From positions 708,343-772,342 of the forward strand of contig NMRA01000019.1 in assembly GCA_002633005.1 (NCBI GenBank): DNA of 64,000 bases, given 5' to 3'. Under the pieces are notes generated by a model. The model was given only the letters and a program-made list of their open reading frames with translations. It was not told where the DNA came from and searched no databases. The first letter of the stretch is position 1; every line of letters begins with the position of its first letter. Both the position numbers and the translations under genes were made by a program. This DNA comes from Phoronis australis (lineage: Eukaryota; Animalia; Phoronida). This document shows, piece by piece, positions 22,701 through 34,700 of this stretch.

Positions 22701-25700
22701 CAACATTTTATGGACTAACACAACTGCAACAGCTAGACCTCAACAACAACAGATTAAGAATATTAGGAATTGACACATTCTACCAGCCACGAAATTTGAT
22801 AGATCTTCGAATAGCCTTCAACAATATCCATTACATTCCACCGTCTTTGTTCTCAACTCTTGCAAAATTGAAAAGTTTGGAGATGAACCACAACAAATTG
22901 TCAGTAGTGTCTAATGTAGACTTTCATTCTCTCATGCAATTGCGATATCTTTTGCTACATAACAATGATATTGGAAGAATCGCAGAGAACACATTCTCCT
23001 ATCTACACAAACTTGAGCAAATCCATCTCAATAGTAATAAAATTCAAGAGATACGTTCCAGCACCTTTCATGGACTCAGTGCTTTGAAAGCTCTGTTCCT
23101 GCAGCATAATCAAATACACAGCATAGCAAAAGATGCTCTCAGAGAGATGACAAAACTGAAAAGACTCGATCTCAGCAGCAACTCACTAAGTGACCTCAGT
23201 CTCAGCATAGGTAGTCTCAAGAGTTTGCAACAGTTAGATATAAGTGAGCAAAATACAAACACTGACGTTGGTGGAGTTACAGTGGAGCCCACAAACAATG
23301 ATTTGAAAACAACCAGGTCAAACCCACCAACACCCAGAATTAATCCTGTGCAACAGACAGATGTGACAGCATCAGGAAGCACCATAGCCGTGATCATTGG
23401 CGCCACATGTGCAGTTCTGGCGGCCATTGTGTTGATGGTCACTATCTACTGTGTGTGTAAAGGTCTCTACTCCAGCTCAAAGCTGGTGGTCCAAACAAAG
23501 CACACCAAACGACCAATGGAGTACCTAGAGCACCCCATGTACCTACCAAAGGTGTCGTCCAATGGTTCTAATGGATCCTTGGATAACACCAATACATTCC
23601 AAGTTCAAAGGTCAAAGAAGGTGAACCATGTGACTAGTAACCCAGATAAGGTGGCAGTTGTAAGCGGAGTGCTACGGAGTAACAATAATAAGAGCGAAGA
23701 TTTAGAATATGGTTCAAGCGATATGCGCGTGGAGCAAATTGACGACAATTGCACTAAACAATTACATGACGCGAATGCATTTTATTATAATACAGCATTT
23801 GAGGGTGATGAAAAGCAGGACGACTCATTCAGTTTTCCCAAAGAGCAGGATTCACAAATGAGCGTAAAACTGTCGGATGATTATCAATTAGGCACATTAG
23901 ATATCGGTTCAAACAACACACTGGAAAAAAAGATGATGACTCGGCTACCAGGACAGGAACACATGGACGTAAGTCTTCCACCAGCACTGTTTGTGAGCGA
24001 AGACTCAATAGATGTCAAACTCAGTGAAGAAGATGAAGATGTGTCGCCGTACGCAATATTTAAGCCAAATACAGGAAGTGACCCGTCACTGGAAACTACA
24101 TCCTTATGAAAAGACATGAATACCAAATAAGCCAATATTACAAAAACAAGAAATTCTGTACAGTAGATACTAATTAAGTTGTCTTAAACATTGAATAATG
24201 TCAGAAACTTTTTTAAATTTTAGTTTGGCTATAAAAGTGGGGCCCGTTCCAAGAAAACTGACTTGTCTAATACAAATCTTAAATTTATGTCAAATTTTAA
24301 GATAAAACCCCAATTTGTCTTAAGTCCCTTCCAAGAAAGTGGTCGTAAGTTTGACGTTAAATTTCGGACTTAAGTTTTCGTTTTAAGTTCAACTAATTTG
24401 TTAGGTATGTCAGTTTTAAAGTTTAGAAGTTAACTAAAAACAAATCATAGACTTAAGTCAAAATTGAACTTAAGTCAGTTTCTTGGAATGGACCACCGTA
24501 CTAAATCTAAACAAATAGCTTATGGTTATTCTCCACTTACGCAGTGAAATTCTCTTTTATCTATTTCAAGCGTGGTTTACAGTGTGTTGATGTCATAAAA
24601 CAACATCATTTTGCATATTAATTACCATTAAGGGCATTATTTTCATCAGGCATTAAAAAATGGAAAAGGAAAATTTCAGAAATTGTTTTTGTGCAAAATA
24701 AGAGGTGAATTACAGCAATGATCTAGATTTCTTGACACGTCATCAAATTGACAAACATGGATAAAATAAATGAAAAAAGAATTGGGTCATCCCGGATCGC
24801 ACAGCGGCACAAGAATCTCGCAGTATTTACCCAAAATGCCGTAAACATTTGTCGGGCATATTTGTTGCCTCATTTTCGTGCCACTGGAGTTCAACATGAT
24901 ATTTGTTGTCCGATTCCGAAAGTCTTTCTCAGTTGCATTACTCTATTCGTCCTTCCAAGGCGAACGACGTATTACTGCTGTGCTTTGGCCTGCCACTCCA
25001 ATGCGAAAAAGTTTGAAAAACTGGACAAATACCCGTGGATGTGTTATCTGAAATTCTTCACCTTCCTGACATCAGCGAGACATGAAAATGTGCCCAATTT
25101 CTAAAACTAAATCATGCGCTTTCTCATTTCCTGGACAAAAGAGAGTTCTACCACTGTGCAATTCCGAACGGCCCTATTGTATTGTGATCGTTGCAAGACA
25201 CATATCCTCGAGTCACTTCTAAGAAGAATTTACACAAAATCTGTAGCAATCAGCAAGTTTGTTATCATAAATAAATTTAAAATACTGAACACAATCCTTA
25301 GCGGCTGCACTTTAAATAACAAAATTGTAGACAGCATTTATAGCACTGAAATATACGTTATACCATCAGGATATTTATAAAAAATCAAATGTCTTATAAA
25401 TCATTCCGATAAGTCGTTGATCACAACATGTCAGACTTGTTTAGAACTGATACTTTCTCACGCCCATGATTAGTGACCCATTAATGATCATAACAATATA
25501 CACATTACTGGGCCATTGTCATTGTAAGCTGAGATCAAGTCCGGTGAATTGTGCCAATGACAACCCACATTTTTACTGAATCTTGATTAGATGGAGGCAT
25601 AAACCTGAATTTCACTTCACAATAGAATGTTTGCATATTAAATGGATGTTACAGCGGATACCTGTCAACTAAAGGTGGTTCGGGTTAAGGTATTGTGTGG

Positions 25701-28700
25701 TTTAAATGAGTCACAAATACAAAATGCAACTTTCATAATTAAAAAGTGATTTTTAAATGCCATCTTCCTACAGGTCACACGTCTACAGTACAGTGTTTTC
25801 TACCCTAACAGCATGCTTCAGTATCTCCTACATTGGATATTAAGCCACTTTCTGTTTCTTAAAAGCAAATGTTCATGAGTTTGAGGTGACACCTGTTGTC
25901 CCATACCTAAGACTAAAGTCACAAACTTTGAATGAAGTTTCTGTTATTTTGTGACTTAACAACTCTTAAAATTTTTAATGTATCCCAAATTTTGTTTAAA
26001 AATTGAAATGAAGCCATTTTTCAGTCACACAAATATTAATTGATTTCTAAGAAATTTACAACACTGAAGTTATTATGTCCTCTCCATTAAAGCTAGATAA
26101 TGTTTGTAATACAGGTAGAGAAATGAACGATTATTAGAATTACATAATTATTCATATACACTGGGGGGAGTTCAAGGGGTGATGCCCACTGCTAAGTCTG
26201 ACTGGATTTCTGTGTTTAACCAGTGGTCACGACGACTCAGTGAACTATAGCATCAGCACTGTTGGCAGAAGGTCTCGGGTTCAAGTCCTGGTAGGGACCA
26301 AAATCTTTTCACTTAATATTCATTAGGTCACGTGATATGACCAGCCTGTGCTAAAATTTTCAAAAAAAGTTGCATCAACCCACTGCTTCTCGATCGTTAT
26401 TTAAACAACCATGAGCCATTTTGGCAATTCTGTTGTATTAGGAAATTTAGGAAATGTAAGACTTGCCATGATGACGTAGCACATGCAAGAAATCACGGTA
26501 ATCCAATTTATTACATTCATCAGTCTATTGTCTTCAACTAAGTAGAGTGATGCTGCAAAAATGTTTCAAGAACCAAATGTGTCACTATTCATCGTAGGCG
26601 TTAAAGCACTGGGTAGAAGTTAAGTTCAAGTGCCACAATATGGATGAATATGAAAGACAGTTTTGTCTTTCATATGGTACTGACACTTTTATGCATATTA
26701 ACAGCACTGTTCTCCGCAACTGAAAATTCAAATGTGTTAAAAGCAAAAACACCAACAAGTTTGCATACAACATACCACGGATGATGCTCTCTATAGTGCA
26801 AATAATGTACTGACTTGTAGTTGTACTATCTTAAATGTACTGACTACTTGGTCGTTATTCAATGGATTAAAGTGCTTAAAACCAGCAAAAATACCAAAAA
26901 ACAACCCCACCAGTCATTAGCTGTCAAATAAGAAAAACCTGCAAACACTATCTGGCAATATGTTAATCAGAAGATCTTGAGTTGTGAGCATTTATTGGCC
27001 AATCCATACAATGTAGACTAGGGACCACCAATCACAATGGTTATCCTCCATTGTGTTTAGTGTGAAAAGACGTCAGATACTGACGCTCATTTTCCCGAGG
27101 TTGATGACATAACAAAAGAATGGCGAGGCGTTGCATTGATAGTGGTTGTGACAACTCGGTATTTGACAACGCTGTGACTTTTTTCACATTGCTGCAGAAC
27201 ATAAGAGAATCATGGATATGGCACAAGTTTGTACAAGAAACTTGAATGTTGGTGGACATGACACACTGGTGCTACGTAAGTCACACTCATGTCCATAGAG
27301 CTCAGAAAATTTAAAGTCTCCTTTCTTCCATTTTCTCGTTTTTGGGATATTGACTTCACGGTTGTGACACGCAGTTCTATAAAGCAAGTTTAGTGATGCT
27401 GACAATGTAGTCATGTGTCAAAAGAATAATGGAGGTTTTGATCAGTTTAGGGCCGGTTGTTGTTAAATCTAATTCAAGGGGAAAAAAATTTTTAATGATG
27501 GTGATGCTCTACTTTTTCCATGCTGTTTGCTGCGTTTTCAAAGAGGTTGCGGGCCGGTCAAATATGTCGCAAGTGCTGGCAAACAGGCCATGGACAACAA
27601 AGAGCAGAATAAAAAAAAAACAATCCATAAAAATGGACAGAATGTGCATAGGAAGTACAGAAGAAACATAAATTGCTGAACAGCAGATGTCTGTGAGTGC
27701 CCAGCATATTTTAGAACTTAGTCAATCCAGCAACACTGGAAAGCAAATAATGATGCGCAGTAGCAGCTTACAAGACAAGTCATGAAATTGTCTTCACGAG
27801 TTTCACCAAAATTTTGAAAAAATCACAAGATAATGAGTTAATAACAAAGCAAGCAATAAGCTCAAACATCAGAGAAGAAAAACAAAAAATTCACTACACC
27901 ATGATAAACTCATCTAACATCTAATAGTTCTAAAATGTCTACAACTATGCCTCACTTAAAAGATACTTTTCTGAAAGTCGTCTCACTCAAAACTAAGAGA
28001 CTTTTAACTCGCAATGTGGTGACATATCCCGTGGCACTGGCTACCAGTGACCTTTATAGGACGAGGAGGCAATTAAAACACGTCATCGCATACAATGTAA
28101 AGGATCTTTTCACAAACTTGTCCCCCTATGCCAACCATTTCCTGTTACACCAAGGTGACCATAAAAGTCACCAGCCCCATGTGATTAGCCTTCATTTCTT
28201 ACTGAAAGTCTCCCGTTCGTGCACCCCTTGAGAGACAAGAGCAACGCGGAGCGTTGAAATGCGCCCACAATTGCACCGCATACGGTATCCTTCTAGGGTT
28301 GTTAATTGGTACCATAAAGTGGCCAGTAGAGGGCATACTTTGCAAAATGGAAAGGCATGGTCATTGTCTCCTCAATAGGCTAGGGGCAAAATGTGAGTAA
28401 TCTTCATAATACAAGCACATCCTATACACCAGTTGCTTAAAGCACCACAGAAACATAGAATTAAAAACAAATTTACCAACATACGAGATTAGCACAGCAT
28501 TAGAATGCCAGAAACAAATTTCTACTTGGAACTTTTCCTTCANTTAAAAATTGAAATGAAGCCATTTTTCAGTCACACAAATATTAATTGATTTCTAAGA
28601 AATTTAAAACACTGAAGTTATTATGTCCTCTCCGTTAAAGCTAGATAATGTTTGTAATACAGGTAGAGAAATGAACGATTATTAGAATTACATAATTATT

Positions 28701-31700
28701 CATATACACTGGGGGGAGTTCAAGGGGTGATGACCACTGCTAAGTCTGACTGGATTTCTGTGTTTAACCAGTGGTCACGACGACTCAGTGAACTATAGTG
28801 TCAGCACTGTTAGCAGAAGGTCTCGGGTTCAAGTCCTGGTAGGGACCAAAATCTTTTCACTTAACATTCATTTGGTCACGTGATATGACCAGCAGGTGAC
28901 ATGCAGATCTGACTTAAATATCTTTGCTGAATTACAAAAAAAATTACCAATTTAGGATAATATTCAATTAGTGGCAAATTTTCATGCCTGTTAAAAATGA
29001 GCAAAATTGCCTCAAGGCAAATGACTTCAACAGTAGAACAAATCTTTATCAGACATTTTTAGCCTTTTGATTTTCAATGCTTTTGGTAATTTTGAACAGT
29101 CTTCAGCATGTGCTAAAATTTTCAAAAAAGTTGCATCAATCCACTGCTTCTCGATCGTTATTTAAACAACCATGAGCCATTTTGGCAATTCTCTTGTGTT
29201 AGGAAATTTAGGAAATGTAAGACTTGCCATGATGACGTAGCATATACTTTGATAGTGGGCAAGAAATCACGGTAATCCATTTATTACATTCATCAGTCTA
29301 TTGTCTTCAATTAAGTAGAGTGATGCTGCAAACATGTTTCAAGAAAAAAATGTGTCACTATTAAATTATTCATCATAGGCATTAAAGCACTGGGTAGAAG
29401 TTATGTTCAAGTGCCACAATATGGATGAATATGAAAGACAGTTTTGTCTTTCATTTGGTACCAACACTAGTATGCATATTAACAGCACTGTTCTCCGCTA
29501 CTGAAAATTCAAATGTGTTAAAAGCAAAAACACCAACAAGTTTGCATACAACATACCACGGATGATGCTCTCTGTAGTGCAAAATAATGTACTCACTTGT
29601 ATTTGTACTATCTTAAATGTACTGACTACTTGGTCGTTATTCAACGGATTAAAGTGCTTAAAATCATAGCAAAAATACCAAAAAACAACCCCACCAGTCA
29701 TTAGCTGTCAAATAAGAACACCTACAAACACTATCTGGCGATATGTTAATCAGAAGATCTTGAGTTGTGAGCATTTATTGGCCAATCCGTACACTGTAGA
29801 CTAGGGACCACCAATCACAATGGTTATCCTCCATTGTGTTTAGTGTGAAAAGACGTCAGATACTGACGCTCATTTTCCCCTGGTTGAAGACATAACAAAA
29901 GAATGGCGAGGCGTTGCATTGATAGTGGTTGTGACAACTTGGTATTTGACAACGCTGTGACTTTTTTCACATTCCTGCAGAACATAAGAGAACCACAGAT
30001 ATGGCACAAGTTTGTACAAGAAACTTGCATGTTGGTGGACATGACACTGGTGCTACGTAAGTCACATTCATGTCCATAGAGCTCAGAAAATTTAAAGTCT
30101 CCTTTCTTCCATTTTCTCGTTTTTGGGATATTGACTTCACGGTTGTGACACGCAGTTCTATAAAGCAGGTTTAGTGATGCTGACAATGTAGTCATGTGTC
30201 AAAAGAATAATGGAGGTTTTGATCAGTTTAGGGCCGGTTGTTGTTAAATCTAATTCAAGGGGAAAGAAAATTTTTAATGGTGGTGATGCTCTACTTTTTC
30301 CAAACTGTTTGCTGCGTTTTCAAAGAGGTTGCGGGCCGGTCAAATATGTCGCAAGTGCTGGCAAACAGGCCATGGACAACAAAGAGCAGAATAAAAAAAA
30401 GCCATAAAAAGGGACAGAATGTGCATAGGAAGTACAGAAGAAACATAAATTGCTGAACAGCAGATGTCTGTGAGCATATTTTAGAACTTAGTCAATCCAG
30501 CAACACTGGAAAGCAAATAATGGTGCGCAGTAGCAGCTTACAAGACAAGTCATGAAATTGTCTTCACGAGTTTCACCAAAATTTTAAAAATCACCGGATA
30601 AAGAGTTAATAACAAAGCAAGTTATAAGCTCAAACATCAGAAAAGAAAAACAAAAAATTCACTACACCATGATAAACTCATCTAACATCTAATAGTTCTA
30701 AAAAGTCTACAATTATGCATCACCTAAAAGATACTTTTCTGAAAGTCGTCTAACTCAAAACTAAGAGACTTTTAACTCGCAATGTGGTGACATATCCCGT
30801 GGCAATGGCTACCAGTGACCTTTATAGGACGAGGAGGCAATTCAAACACGTCATCACATACACTATAAAGGATCTTTTCACAAACTTGTCCCCCTATGCC
30901 AACCACTTCCTGTTACACCAAGGTGACCATAAAAGTCACCAGCCCCATGTGATTAGCCTTCATTTCTTACTGAAAGTCTCCCGTTCGTGCCCCCCTTGAG
31001 AGATAAAACCATGGAGGACTGGTGTTGAACTCTCCTCCAACTTTTGTCAATATAGCAGGTCATGCAAGTAGTTTTCAAACTTCCAAGTTACGTGGAATAA
31101 ATATTTTTTGAGGGTTAGTATCCCTTTAAATACACGAACCTGTTCCAAAGGTGCAAATGCAAAGGTTGGCATCATGTAAGAGTACGTCCTACTGTCACAC
31201 CAGTTTTTACAGTTGAACGTCTTTGTTGTGCGCCTGTAACCTGGAGAGAAAACAGGACGATTGTGAATTTGTGTACATGAAACTTCCTAACTGAGACTCG
31301 TTCATGTATTAGATAAAACACTACCACTTTTTAAAACGCTATTGTCTGCAACAAAAAAGGCGGCAGTAATGTGAATGGTTGCAAAGGTCATATTTGTTGT
31401 TGCTGTGCTGGAGGTTCGAGTTATACCGCAAGGACTTTTGTAGCTGGACCAGTTAGTTCAAAGACACTCCTGCTGCGCAAAGAAAGGCTTAAGTTAGTGC
31501 ATTAATCTTTGGTTCAGTGAGAGTTTCTTGGAGCATGAGCTCTGGAACCAATTCCTTCTTTAGAAGCAATATAGATGGTAAGGAAACAACTCCCTAGTAG
31601 ATCATACGTATGTCTGGCTAAAACGCTAGCACTTTCACCGCCGACAAACTATTGGTGTTTTGTCACTCGTGTGTAAAATTCTTGGGAAATCTCAATAAAT

Positions 31701-34700
31701 TTTACTGATCAAAGTTCTTAGGTTAGGCACTATAGGTGACTGCCTCTATCGTTACTCTCTGGAAGATCGACAAATACACCACAACATGGAGAGAGAGCGG
31801 CCATTAAAATTGTAAACAGACAGAACTGATGAATATTTAACAAACTTCCTGTACATTATTAAAATCATCAAGTTACCTAAAACTCGTATTTGTGGCTTAA
31901 GAAATGAGTTGACTTTCTTGACCAGATCGTCCATGTCAACTCTCATCTTTAGCGAGACCACCTGACCTGCTGCTGACACTCCCTTGTCCGTTCTCGCCGC
32001 ACGCTGAAAGCTCATCTGAAGCAGAATAATATGCATCTTAACTGGATGTTGTCTTCAAACACAGTACTTTGAAGACATGAAACTCAGGTTTTACATATGG
32101 AAACATTCCTTCAACTAAGTCTTTTATATCGTTGAAATAAATCTTTAAAATTGTTTTGTATTGGGATGGGCATAGGTTTTTTGCAATGAGCAGTTGCTTA
32201 TAAAAAGTTTCAGCTGAGATATTTTGTTAATTAGACAATGTATAACTATACAAAAACACTTTTGCGGATTGAGGGAAGCTAAAGAACACTAACATTTATT
32301 TTGGCAATTTAGGTGGTCTGCAAGTGGTCAAAAACAAAACTGAAAAGATTCTTGACCTGTAAACATCTTAGTAGTGTAAAAGCATCAATACCCTTCAAAA
32401 ACAATTATAGTAACTCTAATAAAATGTAGGTCTTGAACGATCCAGGAAATTCATACTATACTTGACCCTGACCTGCCGGACCGTATTTACCCAGATTCGT
32501 AGATCTTCAGAGACATCTCGTCTCCTTCAATGGGATGATGTTGATTACTTGTGGTGGGAACTCCCATCATGTGGGATTTCTTTTTCTGGTGATGTTGGAA
32601 TGAGAGTATTGACAATGTCACCAGACTAACAACATCCAAAGTGACCAGAGTTCCTGCCACTAGTAGAAGTCAACATCACCAAATACGAGGATCTGAGAAT
32701 CAAGTTAAATACAATCTCAGGTTCAAGTATTAATAGAATAGTTCTACTTAGTTGAGTTTGGCTCAATAAATCATTGTCACTACTAAGACCTACGACAAGG
32801 ATATTTCCCAACATTACATGAGGCACAGTACAATAATGATGCCACGTCTGTCAAAATTAAGCTGTGTGTGCTCATTAATCGCTTATAACCTCGGCTCTGG
32901 TCAATGTTAAGTTTCAGAAGAAATTAATAACAGACATTCTCTGATGAACTACGCTTGTAGGGAATTGTAATCGACTTTTCGAAAATAAATCCTGGATTCG
33001 TTAAATCTTCTGTAACACATGTTATAAAAGTGTTCAAGAAACATATTCAACAAAGTCACGTAACTCAACATTGCCACAAAAAATTATAATTGAACATTTG
33101 ACCTAGGAAGCAACAACAGTGATTAATGTCTAAACTTCATACAGTGGCGTATGGTTAAAAATTTGGATTTTTAATGACTTGCACCTTCTGTAAAGTGTCA
33201 TGGTGGTCCTGAGGAATAGCCTCAGCCAGTAACAACGCCTTAGCCAGCTCATCCTCAATGGTAACGCATCCCTCCTGGCCAGTTCTGAAAAAAAACATGA
33301 AAAAGTCAATCACTTGAATGAGTGCTCACCATAGATCTACACTCGACACAATTAGCCTCACAACTTTAAAACACAATATGGTGGACAGGTGAAATTTCTC
33401 ATTTTCTCCTATTGATAAACGGTACCAGAATGATGCTTCGCCATATCTTAAAGTTCTGTTACCATAGCTACCAACAGACAATATTTTAAAAATTGTGGGT
33501 ATTCACAACAATGCTAGAAGCCCTACAAAAACGAAAAAAGTGCAAATTTGGCGTTTATTTTTATCCAAAATTGGTGAGAATTTTTCCAATAGTCTGAACA
33601 CAACAGCGCCATTTCATAACATCTTGACAATCATAAATCAGGTTGAGTTCTAATGGACTAGTCACAGCCTCTCTGCATGTGGAAGTATTTCTATTGACAA
33701 ATGATATAAAGTGACTTGTTCACCACAAATGTTTTGTTTGCTAAATTTTCATCAACGTTTAAAGCACTTCTCATTTTGGATCAAATAGTAAATAAGACCA
33801 AGCAAAATGTGAACTGCAAAATTATCACACATTGACTAACATACAAATACCTGTAACTCTCAGACCAATCTGATAGCCGCAGTAATAGTGCGTTTCATTT
33901 CAGACCATATTCAAAACAAATGATAGTCAATCTGAGGAAGACCCTGGGAAGGACTTTACTGACCAACAGATAATATCTGAAACCTTTTCCCTAGTCTCAA
34001 CGAATGCCTCGCCTCGTCCATACCTCTGCATTCCATAATAACCTTTGCCAGAAAACACCATCAGCATTGCAACTTTTTTCTTATTGCCTAGACGAACCTA
34101 AAACAAACGTAATCAAATGGAAGGACCACCGCCAGACTGATAACATGACATAGACACACAAGACATCAAATACATTGAAGAAATGGTTGTCATCAAATCA
34201 ACACGTTATGCATATTCAAGAAATATGAAATTCATGAACGTGCTCAAGTGCACTCCCAGAAATACAGAAATATTTAAGTTGTAAAAGCCAGCAAAAAAAT
34301 TACTGTAACTTTATTTCAATCGTAAAATTAAAACAGACACAGAACTAATAATAAGTACATGGACTTAACTACAAGTCAGTCAGTGAAGCATAATTTTATC
34401 AACTTACATCAATTATCAATTTGAAAAAAAAATCAAATTTATTTCATAAAGTCAATCTTTCTTTTCAAAGTGCTAAATAATACAGAATTGTGGAGAGCTT
34501 CATAGAACATATGGCAAACATAAACTGCTTTGACTGTGTATAAGACAATATTAAGCTTTACGAGGTTTAGACCCAACAACAGGTCTTGAGACATCACTAT
34601 AACAAAGAATTCTTCATCAAAAATCCGAATGCACAACAGCGTGATACTCTAATAATTGAACCCATTCAAAAGTTATGTCTGGGTCAAATCAAGTTCTGCC

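Larger units (their letters stand above)
25996..31003. repeat. Near-identical direct duplication: 25996-28235 and 28544-31003
   Basis: The copies are colinear with scattered substitutions and indels. Copy 2 has about 210 bp extra at roughly 28894-29107 and begins immediately after a single N at 28543. Confidence 0.93.

Noticed and set aside
26218-26295. tRNA gene
   Set aside because: It has A/B boxes but no convincing cloverleaf, and it continues into a body shared with other dispersed copies: a SINE head.
27041-30999. Paired ORFs repeated in the duplication, as a duplicated gene
   Set aside because: Frameshifts differ between copies, and there are no domains or splice structure; the similarity just reflects duplicated non-coding DNA.
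32938-32980. ctgatga-actac-gctt-gtag-ggaat hammerhead-like motif
   Set aside because: GAAA is not intact and I found no stem I or stem III pairing.
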